From the NCBI GenBank assembly GCA_963702005.1, contig OY969696.1:3775692-3839691 (forward strand): a stretch of 64,000 nt of DNA, written 5' to 3'. Below are positions 7,858 to 16,762 of this stretch, piece by piece. The notes under the pieces were generated by a model that did no database searches, had not been told where the DNA came from, and was given only the letters and a program-made list of their open reading frames with translations. A program made the translations under genes and the position numbers. The DNA comes from Candidatus Aminicenantes bacterium. GTDB taxonomy: Bacteria; Acidobacteriota; Aminicenantia; Aminicenantales; JAFGBC01. Position 1 is the first letter of the stretch; every line of letters starts with the position of its first letter.

Positions 7858-9618
7858 TTATTCCTCTTTTTTAGGCTGGGGCTGGAGCTTGTTGTACTCG
7901 ACCAGGAGCTTGAGCCACCAGTCGGGAAACTTCAGGGATTCCCGCTTTTTCGTCTTGCTGTCGAAGACCCACATGTGATTGTACTTGATCAGGAGGTCGT
8001 CGCCCAGCTTCCACCAGGCGGCGATGACCCGCTCGGCGTTCCCCAGGCTATAGTCGGTCAGGAATTGAGGGACGAGGGCCGGGTCCTTTTTATAGAGGTC
8101 CGCGGCGAAGGCGTCGATGGTCGGCGTCCGGTCGAAGGCGCTTTTCTCGTAGACGAGCTGGGCCGCGCGGACATCCTCGATGGCCTGGGCATAGACGACC
8201 TGGGTGTGGAAGTCGACGTAGTCGAACGCCCAGCGGGCCGAGGCCCGGTCGAACTCCCAATGGTCGCCGATCTCGAAGGAGCGCGGGATGCGCGTGATCC
8301 CGGCGTAGAGCGGCATGAAGCAGGAGGTGTCCTGGGCGCCCCAGGCCAGCCAGACCAGTCCGCCGACCGGGTTGGGGAGCCAGCCCCGGCTTTGGGTCAC
8401 GGTCACGTACTCGGCCCGGTTGACGCCGATGACCCGGGGCAGGCTGTATCTCTGGCCTTCGAGCTCGAAACCGTAAGGGAGGTAGTTGGGGTTGGAGAAC
8501 GGACCGCCCTGGATGCCGCGTCCCGGCCAGTAAGGCGTCCCTTCGCATTTGTCGCGGGTCATGACCATGACATCGTAGGCGGAGAGCTTCTTGTCGGGCT
8601 TGACCGATAAGGGCAGGTCGACGTTGAGCGTTTCGGGGCTGAACTTCTTCGACGGGGCGACGAGATCCAAGAAGCGCCAGACTCGGACTCGGGCACCCGC
8701 CGTATTGGCCGCGCTCACGGTATCCGGATTATAGGCTTTCGCCCAGTGGAAGGGCTGACCGCTCTTGGGATCGTAAAAGCCCATCTCGACGGCCAGAGAG
8801 ACGACGTTCGGCGAAGCCATGAAAAAGTCCGGGTTCTTGAGGTCGATGAGGCCGATCCGCGATTCGTTGGGGCAGACCGCGACCTGGTCGTCCGGGACCC
8901 GCTGGGCGCACCAAACCGCGCCCGGCTTCCCGCTCTGGGGCGTCCAGAGCGGGCCGACCGGCATGATCTCGAAGTGCCAGACCTCCTTGGTGTCGGCGAC
9001 GGCCAGCATCTCGCCCGTATCCACGCCGCCATAGCCGTACTTTTCGGCCATCTCGCCCATGATCTTGACCGCCTCGCGGGCCGTCGAAGCCCGCTCCATG
9101 GCGATAAGGGTCAGCATCGTGAGGTCGAACTTGGGTGTCGCCGTCTGGTTTTCCATGCGCTTCCGGCATCCGATCGTGGACTCGCCGATCGCGAGCTGGA
9201 CGTCGTTCATGTAGCCGAAGTTGCCGTGGATATAGGCGTGGGTGTGAGGAACTTGGGGAATTTCGAGGCCGGTCAGGTTGTCGATCGGGACCCGGTCCCA
9301 CTTCAAGCCCTGCGCGGGCGGCCAATAGCCCATCTGGTCGACATGGAAAATCTTGCGCGTCGACCCGGCCGGATAGTCGGCGGCCGGGACGGTTCGGAAT
9401 GTCCAGTCGCAATGGCCGCAGTCGCAGGTGTGGGTCGTCATGACCGAGCCGTCGACCGAGGCCAGCCGCCCGACCATGATGACTGTACAGTTTTCGGGCA
9501 GGTCGCTCCGGCAGTCCTGACAACCGGTTCTATCCTGGCTGCTCAGGCCGAAGGCGCCGGTCAGGACCAGGACGGCTAAAAGCAGGATTCCGGTCGAGAG
9601 CCATCGTTTGCCGATCAT
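7858..9618 (-). CDS. Peptidase family C69 dipeptidase (secreted)
   Basis: 586 aa. Signal peptide, then a CTVIMVGRLASVDGSVMTTHTCDC N-terminal nucleophile region characteristic of C69 (PepD-like) dipeptidases. Confidence 0.75.
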   Translation of the reverse strand: MIGKRWLSTGILLLAVLVLTGAFGLSSQDRTGCQDCRSDLPENCTVIMVGRLASVDGSVMTTHTCDCGHCDWTFRTVPAADYPAGSTRKIFHVDQMGYWPPAQGLKWDRVPIDNLTGLEIPQVPHTHAYIHGNFGYMNDVQLAIGESTIGCRKRMENQTATPKFDLTMLTLIAMERASTAREAVKIMGEMAEKYGYGGVDTGEMLAVADTKEVWHFEIMPVGPLWTPQSGKPGAVWCAQRVPDDQVAVCPNESRIGLIDLKNPDFFMASPNVVSLAVEMGFYDPKSGQPFHWAKAYNPDTVSAANTAGARVRVWRFLDLVAPSKKFSPETLNVDLPLSVKPDKKLSAYDVMVMTRDKCEGTPYWPGRGIQGGPFSNPNYLPYGFELEGQRYSLPRVIGVNRAEYVTVTQSRGWLPNPVGGLVWLAWGAQDTSCFMPLYAGITRIPRSFEIGDHWEFDRASARWAFDYVDFHTQVVYAQAIEDVRAAQLVYEKSAFDRTPTIDAFAADLYKKDPALVPQFLTDYSLGNAERVIAAWWKLGDDLLIKYNHMWVFDSKTKKRESLKFPDWWLKLLVEYNKLQPQPKKEE

Positions 9619-9754
9619 GATTTTTCTCCTTTGGACAAACTAAGATCTGTCGAAACGCGCCATAACCAGGGATATTCAGCGTGAGGGAGAAGCCTAGAGG
9701 GCTTGAAACGGGAACCCATGGCGCTCCCCTTTTATAAAGGATGCCGCGGCCAAA

Positions 9755-9866
9755 GTCAAATCATCGACTCCCCGGCCTGAAGGCCGGGGCTTGTTCATGA
9801 TTAACCCTGAGCCTCGCTCTCATCCCCGCCTTGAAAGGCGGGGCTTGGCGTCGGCGAACGGGTCAA
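9755..9866 (+). repeat. Family-3 modular element, copy A (two GC hairpins plus the conserved 3' tail tagcgtcggcgaacgggtcaa)
   Basis: gtcaaatcatcgactccccggcctgaaggccgggg…attaaccctgagc…ccccgccttgaaaggcgggg…gcgaacgggtcaa. Highly similar to 40021-40131. Confidence 0.8.
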
Positions 9867-9916
9867 CCGACGGGGGCGAAGCGGGGCCCGGGCCGAGTCC
9901 GAACGCCCCGCGCGGC

Positions 9917-10657
9917 CTACTTAATCTCTATGCGCCGGAGCCGATCGCGGGCGGCTTTCTGGATATTCTCGTATTCGGAGTCGTTGGCGGCGAGCGCTCT
10001 CAGGACGTCCGGGGCGTCGAGTCTCTTGATGACCGCCTCACGAACGTAGGGATCCAGCTCCGAATCCTGGGCCATCGTGGCCAGAACGGACTGGTCGAGG
10101 ATCGTGGCGACGGCGGATTCACGGAGCGCGGCCGGGGCCGAATCGTCCCGGGCGATCTCCTCGAGCAGGGCGTCATTGTCCAGTTTGCGGACGGCCGCGA
10201 TCCGGGCCGCGACGTCCTCCTCCCCGTCCCGGGCGATGGCGGCCAGGGCTTCCGGGTCGGACATGGCATTGACTTCGGCGACGCGGCTCGCGGCGCCCTC
10301 CGCCGCGACCGACGCTTTCTTGGGAGAGATGATCCGCTGGACGCCGAAGGCGGCCAGGACGACGAGGATCACCAGACCGACGTTCCTCAGCAGGCGCGAA
10401 GTCGGCGGGGCGGCTCGGAGATGGCGGTGGATGGCGTAGTCATAGGCCGGCTCGACCTTGCCGCCGCACCAGAAGCAGGGGCGGGTGGCGCCCCCCAGCC
10501 GGCACGTGGTGCATTCGACCCGTCCGCAGCGCGTGCAGATGACCCCGCTGTAAAGGGTCGGGAGAGAGGAATGATCCCCCTCGTAGACGATGAAACCTTC
10601 ATGAGCCGGATCGACCGTCCGTAACGACCCCCGGCAGCGCGAGCAGGAAACCCCCAA
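9917..10657 (-). CDS. Hypothetical protein: double zinc-ribbon (4x CxxC) N-terminus, one TM helix, C-terminal HEAT/PBS-lyase-like repeats
   Basis: 246 aa. CSRCRG…CTRCGRVECTTC…CFWCGG, then LVILVVLAAFGV, then a repetitive acidic Ala-rich helical repeat region. Confidence 0.4.
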   Translation of the reverse strand: MGVSCSRCRGSLRTVDPAHEGFIVYEGDHSSLPTLYSGVICTRCGRVECTTCRLGGATRPCFWCGGKVEPAYDYAIHRHLRAAPPTSRLLRNVGLVILVVLAAFGVQRIISPKKASVAAEGAASRVAEVNAMSDPEALAAIARDGEEDVAARIAAVRKLDNDALLEEIARDDSAPAALRESAVATILDQSVLATMAQDSELDPYVREAVIKRLDAPDVLRALAANDSEYENIQKAARDRLRRIEIK

Positions 10658-10823
10658 TTCGATACTCCCTTCTCTCGTTCGAACTTTCGAACATGCGGCT
10701 CGGGACTCTTCCGGTCCCGACCCTAAAATTTCTTTTACACTATTTTCCCGGCAAGATCAAGCTCTATCACGGAAGGCGGCCTTGATGTAAAATGGGCAGG
10801 ACCGACCCGGACAAGGAGGTCCC

Positions 10824-11549
10824 GTGATCGAGATCAGCCACGTCTCCAAGAGCTACAACAAGGGCAAGGTCAAGGCCGTCGACGACCTGAACCTGGTCGT
10901 CCCGCCCGGCGAGATCTTCGGGTTCCTGGGCCCCAACGGCGCCGGCAAGACGACCACGATCAAGCTGATCGTCGGCCTCCTCAAGCCGGACGCCGGGACG
11001 ATCACCGTCGAGGGCTTCGACATCCGCCGGGACGGCCTTAAATCCAAGTCGATCACCAGCTACGTCCCGGATTATCCCTCCATCTACGAACGGCTGACCG
11101 GGCTCGAGTACCTGAACTTCATCGGCGATGTCTACGGCGTTTCCAAGCGGGAGCGGCTGGAACGGATCGAGAAATGGCTCGACATCTTCGAGCTCCGTCC
11201 GGCCGTCGCCAACCCGATCCAGAGCTACTCCCACGGCATGAAGCAGAAGATCGTGCTGATGGCCGCCCTGCTGCCCGCCCCTCGCGTCATGGTCCTCGAC
11301 GAGCCGCTGGTCGGGCTCGACCCCCGGGCCGCCCACCAGCTCAAGGAGCTCATGCGCGAGCACTGCAGCCAGGGGAAGACGCTCTTCTTTTCGACCCACA
11401 TCATGGAGGTCGCCGAGAAGCTCTGCGACCGGATCGGGATCATCAACAAAGGCAAGCTCATCGCTTGCGGAACGATGGAGGAGCTCAAGGCCCTCGACCG
11501 GGAGAGCCAATCTCTGGAGGGGATTTTCCTGGAGCTGACCGAAAAATGA
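10824..11549 (+). CDS. ABC transporter ATP-binding protein (ABC-2 type)
   Basis: 241 aa. Walker A GPNGAGKTT, signature LSGGMKQK-like (YSHGMKQK), Walker B VLDEP. GTG start preceded by AAGGAGG. Confidence 0.85.
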   Translation: MIEISHVSKSYNKGKVKAVDDLNLVVPPGEIFGFLGPNGAGKTTTIKLIVGLLKPDAGTITVEGFDIRRDGLKSKSITSYVPDYPSIYERLTGLEYLNFIGDVYGVSKRERLERIEKWLDIFELRPAVANPIQSYSHGMKQKIVLMAALLPAPRVMVLDEPLVGLDPRAAHQLKELMREHCSQGKTLFFSTHIMEVAEKLCDRIGIINKGKLIACGTMEELKALDRESQSLEGIFLELTEK

Positions 11550-13228
11550 GCAAGCTTCGTTCCCTGATCCGGGTCGGCCTCAAGTCCAACTTCGGCCTGG
11601 CCGTCCTCCGCTACCGCCTGTTCAAGGAAAAGAAGGACATCTGGCTCGTCCCCCTGTTCGGCCTGGCCGCCCTGAGCCTCGTTCCCGCATTCTACGGCCT
11701 GATCCTCCTCCTCAAGTTCCTTTACGTGACGCTCCTACCGCTCCACCAGGAACGGGCCCTGCTGACGCTGGGCATTTTGGGCGGCCAGCTGTTCATCCTT
11801 CTGTTCGGGCTCTATTACGTCATCTCCGCCTTCTACTTCTCGAAGGACCTGGAGCTGCTCATCCCCCTGCCCATCAAGCCCTACCAAGTGATGGCCTCGA
11901 AATTCGCCGTCATCCTCGTCAACGAGTACCTGACGGTGGCGGCCATCGTCCTCCCTGTTTTAATAACCTTCGGCGTCCTGGCCAAGCGGGAGCCGGCCTA
12001 TTGGATCAACACCCTCCTCATCTATCTGTTCCTCCCCGTCATCCCGCTCGCCTTCGTCTCGCTCCTGGTCATCGCCATGATGCGGCTCATCAACTTCAGC
12101 CGTAAGAAGGACGCCCTGATTCTCATCGGCAGCATCCTCCTGATCGCGGCCTCCCTGGGCGCCCAGCTTCTCATCAATAGGTCCCACAACCGCGGCAGCA
12201 TGGAAGACGTGGCGGCCTTCTTCAGCTCGCCCAACAGCCTTCTCAACCGGGTCGGCGCCAAGTTTCCGCCCAGCATCTGGGCGGCCAAGGCGCTGGCCGG
12301 AGGCTGGAGCGGCGAAGGGCTCGTCAACATGGGGCTCTTCCTGGGGACGTCGCTGGCTCTTCTCTGGGCCATGCTCGTTTTATCCGAGAGGCTCTTCTAT
12401 CGGGGACTGATCGGGATCGGCGAGATCTCGGGGCGGACCAGGTCCCTGTCCCGGGCCGAGATGTCGCGCCGGGTCGCGTCGGGACGGCGGCCGGTCCGGG
12501 CCGTCTTCTTGCGCGAATGGCGGATCATGAACCGGACGCCGATCTTCCTCCTCAACGGCGTCCTAGTCGTCATCATCGTCCCGGCCATCTTCGTCCTGAT
12601 GGCCAAGACGGCCGGAGGGCGCGGCGACAATGCGGCCCTGCTCAGGCTCATGACCGGGGCGGCCAATTCCATCGTCGTTATCCTGTCCGCGGCCGCCTTC
12701 ATGATTTTCTGCGGCAGCCTCAACGGGACGGCCTCCTCGACCTTTTCGCGCGAAGGGAGCCAGTTCTGGATGTCCAAGGTCATCCCGGTTTCGCCGCGCG
12801 ACCAGGCCCTGGCTAAATTTCTTCATTCCTACCTGATCACGGTCCTGGGAATCCTGCCCGCCTCGCTGGTCCTCCTGTTTGTTCTCCACATCAAGTTAGC
12901 CCATATCCTTCCGGCGGCCGGTCTGGCCCTCCTCCTCGGGTTCGTCCTGACCGCGGTCGGGATGATCATCGACCTGGCCCGCCCCCTGCTCGACTGGACC
13001 AATCCCCAGAAGGCGATCAAGCAGAACCTGAACGTCCTCTTTTCGATCGTGGCCGACATCGCCGTCCTGACGATCCTGGGCTACGGGATCATCCGCGCGC
13101 TCAAGGCCGGACTCTCCGGCGCCGCCCTTCTCGCGATCCTGGGCGTGCTGCTGGCCGGGCTGGCCGCCCTGAGCCTGGAGCTTCTCTTTCGCTTCGCCGA
13201 CAAGCGCTACGGCGAGATCGAGGTTTGA
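11546..13228 (+). CDS. Putative ABC exporter permease (ABC_export-like, ~12 TM), start overlapping the ATPase stop (ATGA)
   Basis: ATG at 11546 (MSKLRSLIRVGLKSNFG…) in the frame of the longer track ORF 11174..13228. Multi-pass hydrophobic protein. Translational coupling to the ATPase. Confidence 0.6.
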   Translation: MSKLRSLIRVGLKSNFGLAVLRYRLFKEKKDIWLVPLFGLAALSLVPAFYGLILLLKFLYVTLLPLHQERALLTLGILGGQLFILLFGLYYVISAFYFSKDLELLIPLPIKPYQVMASKFAVILVNEYLTVAAIVLPVLITFGVLAKREPAYWINTLLIYLFLPVIPLAFVSLLVIAMMRLINFSRKKDALILIGSILLIAASLGAQLLINRSHNRGSMEDVAAFFSSPNSLLNRVGAKFPPSIWAAKALAGGWSGEGLVNMGLFLGTSLALLWAMLVLSERLFYRGLIGIGEISGRTRSLSRAEMSRRVASGRRPVRAVFLREWRIMNRTPIFLLNGVLVVIIVPAIFVLMAKTAGGRGDNAALLRLMTGAANSIVVILSAAAFMIFCGSLNGTASSTFSREGSQFWMSKVIPVSPRDQALAKFLHSYLITVLGILPASLVLLFVLHIKLAHILPAAGLALLLGFVLTAVGMIIDLARPLLDWTNPQKAIKQNLNVLFSIVADIAVLTILGYGIIRALKAGLSGAALLAILGVLLAGLAALSLELLFRFADKRYGEIEV

Positions 13229-13321
13229 GGCCTGAAAAGCGCGGTTCGGGGCCTATAATCCGCCCCTTGATGGTCGCTACAGCCGACCATGACGGGCTGT
13301 TTAGGACCTATTCTCCGCTCT

Positions 13322-14740
13322 TTAGTTTAATTCAGTTATAAATACGGGGGTTTTAGTGGCGGGGACATTGTTTTTAGGGACAATTCTTTTTTCAGGCTGC
13401 GATTGGCCGGATCGAGTTATGGCGTAGGTCAGCTCCAAGCTTGACTTCGTGAAATGCCGGCTCAAATTGAAACGGGTGTCTTTATCTTCCGTCCAGAGGA
13501 CAAACAGGGGAGCTTCGTTCACGCGGAAACTATAAAAATAATGTTTGTCACTGCCCAAATCGATCCTTTGGACCGAACTGAAATTGCCGAATCGGCTTAT
13601 CAACATTTTCAGGTTGTAATAGACGGGCTTGGGGGCTTCATTCTCGTCATAAAGGCCCACTCCCGGGCCCTCTTTCTTGATATCATCAAGTCCATGCCAG
13701 AAAAAAACATTCACTCCGGCATCAAAAGCAACGACGATTCTTTTGACGATGTCCTGGGCCTGTCTTTCCAGCGTGTGAACAACCGTAATCCCCTGCCCTT
13801 CTTTTCTCAACTTCGTATTCGATTCCGTGATCCAGAAAGGTTTGTCGAAACCGTATTTTTTTAGTTTATCTCTAAAGCCTTTGGCATGGTCATAGGTCAG
13901 GAAATCACAGTCATCCGTATATTCATGAAAATTCATGATGTCGAAATATGTCCCGCCTTCCGCGGCCAGCACATCATCAAAATAGGCGAGAGACCGCTGC
14001 CATTTGGATTCATCCCGCAACGCGCCGACGACCCAGCCGCCGATCAGGACGGAACAACCGGGGCAGTTGGCTTTGATGCTTTGATAGCTTATTTTCAGAA
14101 TATGCGCATAGTCTTGGGCCGTTCCGCTGAACATGGGCTTGTTGATGATCTCATTCCCGATCTCCCAGTACCGGATGGGGTTTTTGAGGCCGGGCATGTC
14201 GCCTTTTCCATCCCCATCATATCTTTCGACGATGGCGCGCAGATATTCCAGGTATTTAGCGTCGCTGAAGTATTTGCCCTTGACGCGCGCGTAATCCGGA
14301 ACGTTGCTGAAATCGACATTTCCCAACATGACCAAGTTGCAGGACTGGGCGCTCCTCACCCGGGCATCATGGAGGGTAAAATCAAAGACTCCGTTATCGG
14401 GCTCCAGCACTCCCCAGTTAAGTGAAGTTAAATCGCCCTGGCCGGCGCTTCTGATCCAAACGTCGCCGATCGTCTGGAGTTTTTGGTTCTGATGGGAAAT
14501 ATATTCCTCCTGAGATACGCCGTGCTTCTGAAGATAATTGTTCATTCCCTGGTAAACATAATTGATTCCGAATCTGGGAATTCGAGGCAGACTATTTCTT
14601 GACGAACCGGGTGAGTTTGCCGACGAAAAACCGAACACCACGGCCGCCAAAAGCACCCCGAGAGCCACATAAAAAAATGTTCTCAGTTCCGCGCCCCGGC
14701 GAAGCGTTGCGTACTCGGAATCAAGGGATAATTTTTTCAT
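13322..14740 (-). CDS. Glycoside hydrolase, TIM-barrel clan GH-A (family uncertain), N-terminal signal anchor. Located in a low-GC island.
   Basis: 472 aa. Acid/base-type motif IRYWEIGNEI and nucleophile-type motif WITESN. Local GC is ~48%. Confidence 0.55.
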   Translation of the reverse strand: MKKLSLDSEYATLRRGAELRTFFYVALGVLLAAVVFGFSSANSPGSSRNSLPRIPRFGINYVYQGMNNYLQKHGVSQEEYISHQNQKLQTIGDVWIRSAGQGDLTSLNWGVLEPDNGVFDFTLHDARVRSAQSCNLVMLGNVDFSNVPDYARVKGKYFSDAKYLEYLRAIVERYDGDGKGDMPGLKNPIRYWEIGNEIINKPMFSGTAQDYAHILKISYQSIKANCPGCSVLIGGWVVGALRDESKWQRSLAYFDDVLAAEGGTYFDIMNFHEYTDDCDFLTYDHAKGFRDKLKKYGFDKPFWITESNTKLRKEGQGITVVHTLERQAQDIVKRIVVAFDAGVNVFFWHGLDDIKKEGPGVGLYDENEAPKPVYYNLKMLISRFGNFSSVQRIDLGSDKHYFYSFRVNEAPLFVLWTEDKDTRFNLSRHFTKSSLELTYAITRSGQSQPEKRIVPKNNVPATKTPVFITELN

Positions 14741-14913
14741 CGGACACCTTCCGTCCTATCGATTGACACTGATTAGACAATTTAGACTCAAAAACCTTTG
14801 CCGAAAAAGCTAGAGAAAGACGCGTACATCATTTTAAAAAATATCCACATGCGGGCCGTACTGAAGCTCCACGGACTCACGTCCGTGGAATCCCGCGAGG
14901 GGATTGATGTATA

Positions 14914-16679
14914 ATGCAAACTAAAAAGCGTCAAGGTTATTCCGATGCGCCGGATTGCCAGGGAATGAACGTATGCGCCCTCACCTCCTTGTCGGCGGCT
15001 ATGATCACGACTTTTTTGGGCGTGTTCATCCTCATCAAGGAGCCGCGTAATCCGCTCAACCGGGTTTATTTTTTCTTCTGCCTGGCCGTCGCCTATGTCG
15101 GGTTCACCGAGTTCGAGCTTCGCATATCCGCGGCGGCGGTCGAGGCCTTCCATTGGGTGAAGGCCGCCTCGTTCTGGACGTTGGGACCGGCCGCGTTCTT
15201 TCACTTCGCCTACCTGTATACGCGGGGAAAACGGGGGCGACGGAGCGGCTGGGTCGTGCCGCTCGTCTACGCAATCGCCCTTGGCGACGGCCTTCTCTAT
15301 CTCACGACGGACCTCATCATCCGCGGCGTTCAGAGGGAGAGCTGGGGCTGGACGGCCTCGTCCCCATCTTTCTTTGCGTCCGGCATTTCACGCGGCTCAG
15401 GGATCCTATCGAAAAAGGCCGGGCGGGGACCGTTGCCCTCGGCTACCTCGCGCCAACCCTCTTATTCCTCCTGACCGAAATCGTCGGACCGCGGCTGAAC
15501 TTAAATCTGCCTGAAGTCACGACCCTGGGAACCTTCCTGGGCGCGCTCATTATCTGGTTCGGCATCTGGAGGTATAAGCTCTTTATTCTCTCGCCGCGGA
15601 CGGCGGCCGAGGACATCGTCTCGATGATGGCCGACGCGCCCCTCCTGGTCGGAATGGACGGCAAGGTCCGCCAAGCCAAGGACGGCCGCATCCTCCCCGT
15701 CTCCATCTCCACGTCGGTGATCACCGATTCCCGCGGCACTCCCCAGGGCGTCGTCCTGGTCGGACGGGACCTGACCGAGCGGAAGAAAGCCGAGGAGGAG
15801 CTCCGGCGTTTCCGCGACAGACTCGAGGAACTGGTCGAGAAGCGCACCGGCGAGCTCGATCAAGTCAACCGGCGGCTGCAGCAGGAGATTACGGACCATG
15901 TCCGGGCGACCGGCGCTCTGGCCGAGAGTGAGGAGCGCTTCCGGAGTTTGTTCGAGAACTCGACGATCGGCCTCTACCGGACGACCTCCGACGGCCGGAT
16001 CCTCTTGGCCAACCCGACCCTGGTCCGCATGCTCGGCTACGAGTCGCTCGAAGATCTGATCCGGAGGAACCTGGAGGAAGACGGATTCGAGGCGGGCTAT
16101 CCCCGGAGCGGCTTCAAGGAGCAGATCGAAGCGGAGGGGGAGATCCGGGGTCTGGAGTCGGCCTGGAAGCGGAGAGACGGAACGCCCGTCTTCGTCCGGG
16201 AAAGCGCTAAAGCGATCCGGGACGCCGCCGGAAACGTTCTTTACTACGAGGGTACGGTCGAGGACATCTCGGACCGGCGCAAGGCCGAGGACGCCCTGCG
16301 GGCTTCGCTCCGCGAGAAAGAGGTCCTGTTTAGGGAGATCCACCACCGGGTCAAAAACAACATGCAGATCATCTCGAGCCTCCTAAGCCTCCAAGCCCGG
16401 GAGATCGACGATCCGGCTATCGTCGAGATGTTCAGGGAAAGCCAAAGCCGGATCCGGTCGATGGCCTTCGTACATGAAAAACTTTACCAGTCGAAGGACC
16501 TGTCCCAGATCGGATTCTCGGATTATATCCGAAGCCTCACCAAGGGCGGGAAAGGCCCTCGCGGAGAAATAGGCTGGGATACCTCTCTTTGGGATAAAGA
16601 GAGCGCTTTGAACGTTCATAATCATGATGGTATGTTTGATTTTTCGCGCCGTCTGTGGTATTTCTCAATCGATCAGTAA
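14914..16679 (+). pseudogene. Sensor histidine kinase (7TM N-terminal domain, two PAS domains, HisKA_2 phosphoacceptor) disrupted by a frameshift near 15330-15345 and lacking the C-terminal HATPase domain
   Basis: Track ORFs 14914..15474 and 15153..16679 are consecutive frames of one gene: the TM helices continue across the shift. H-box [20 protein letters not shown] is present. The protein ends ~60 aa after the H-box with no GxGxG ATP-binding domain. A likely start is ATG 14965. Confidence 0.6.
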
Positions 16680-16762
16680 AATTGAGAAGCCGCAGAGCTT
16701 GCCTACGGTCGCGTTTCATTTAGGGCTTCCAAGGGAATGAAGATCTTGATGAAGAGGCCGAC

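Noticed and set aside
8746-9579. Plus-strand 277-aa ORF and several minus-strand ORFs nested in the C69 peptidase gene
   Set aside because: The peptidase frame carries clear family motifs. The others are compositionally biased overlaps. The same reasoning applies to 38591..40006, 52914..54782, 43683-45722 internal ORFs, and similar.
14914-16679. Interpreting 14914..15474 and 15153..16679 as two separate genes
   Set aside because: The hydrophobic helix pattern is continuous across the junction, and the second ORF has no plausible start or RBS. A single frameshifted gene explains both.
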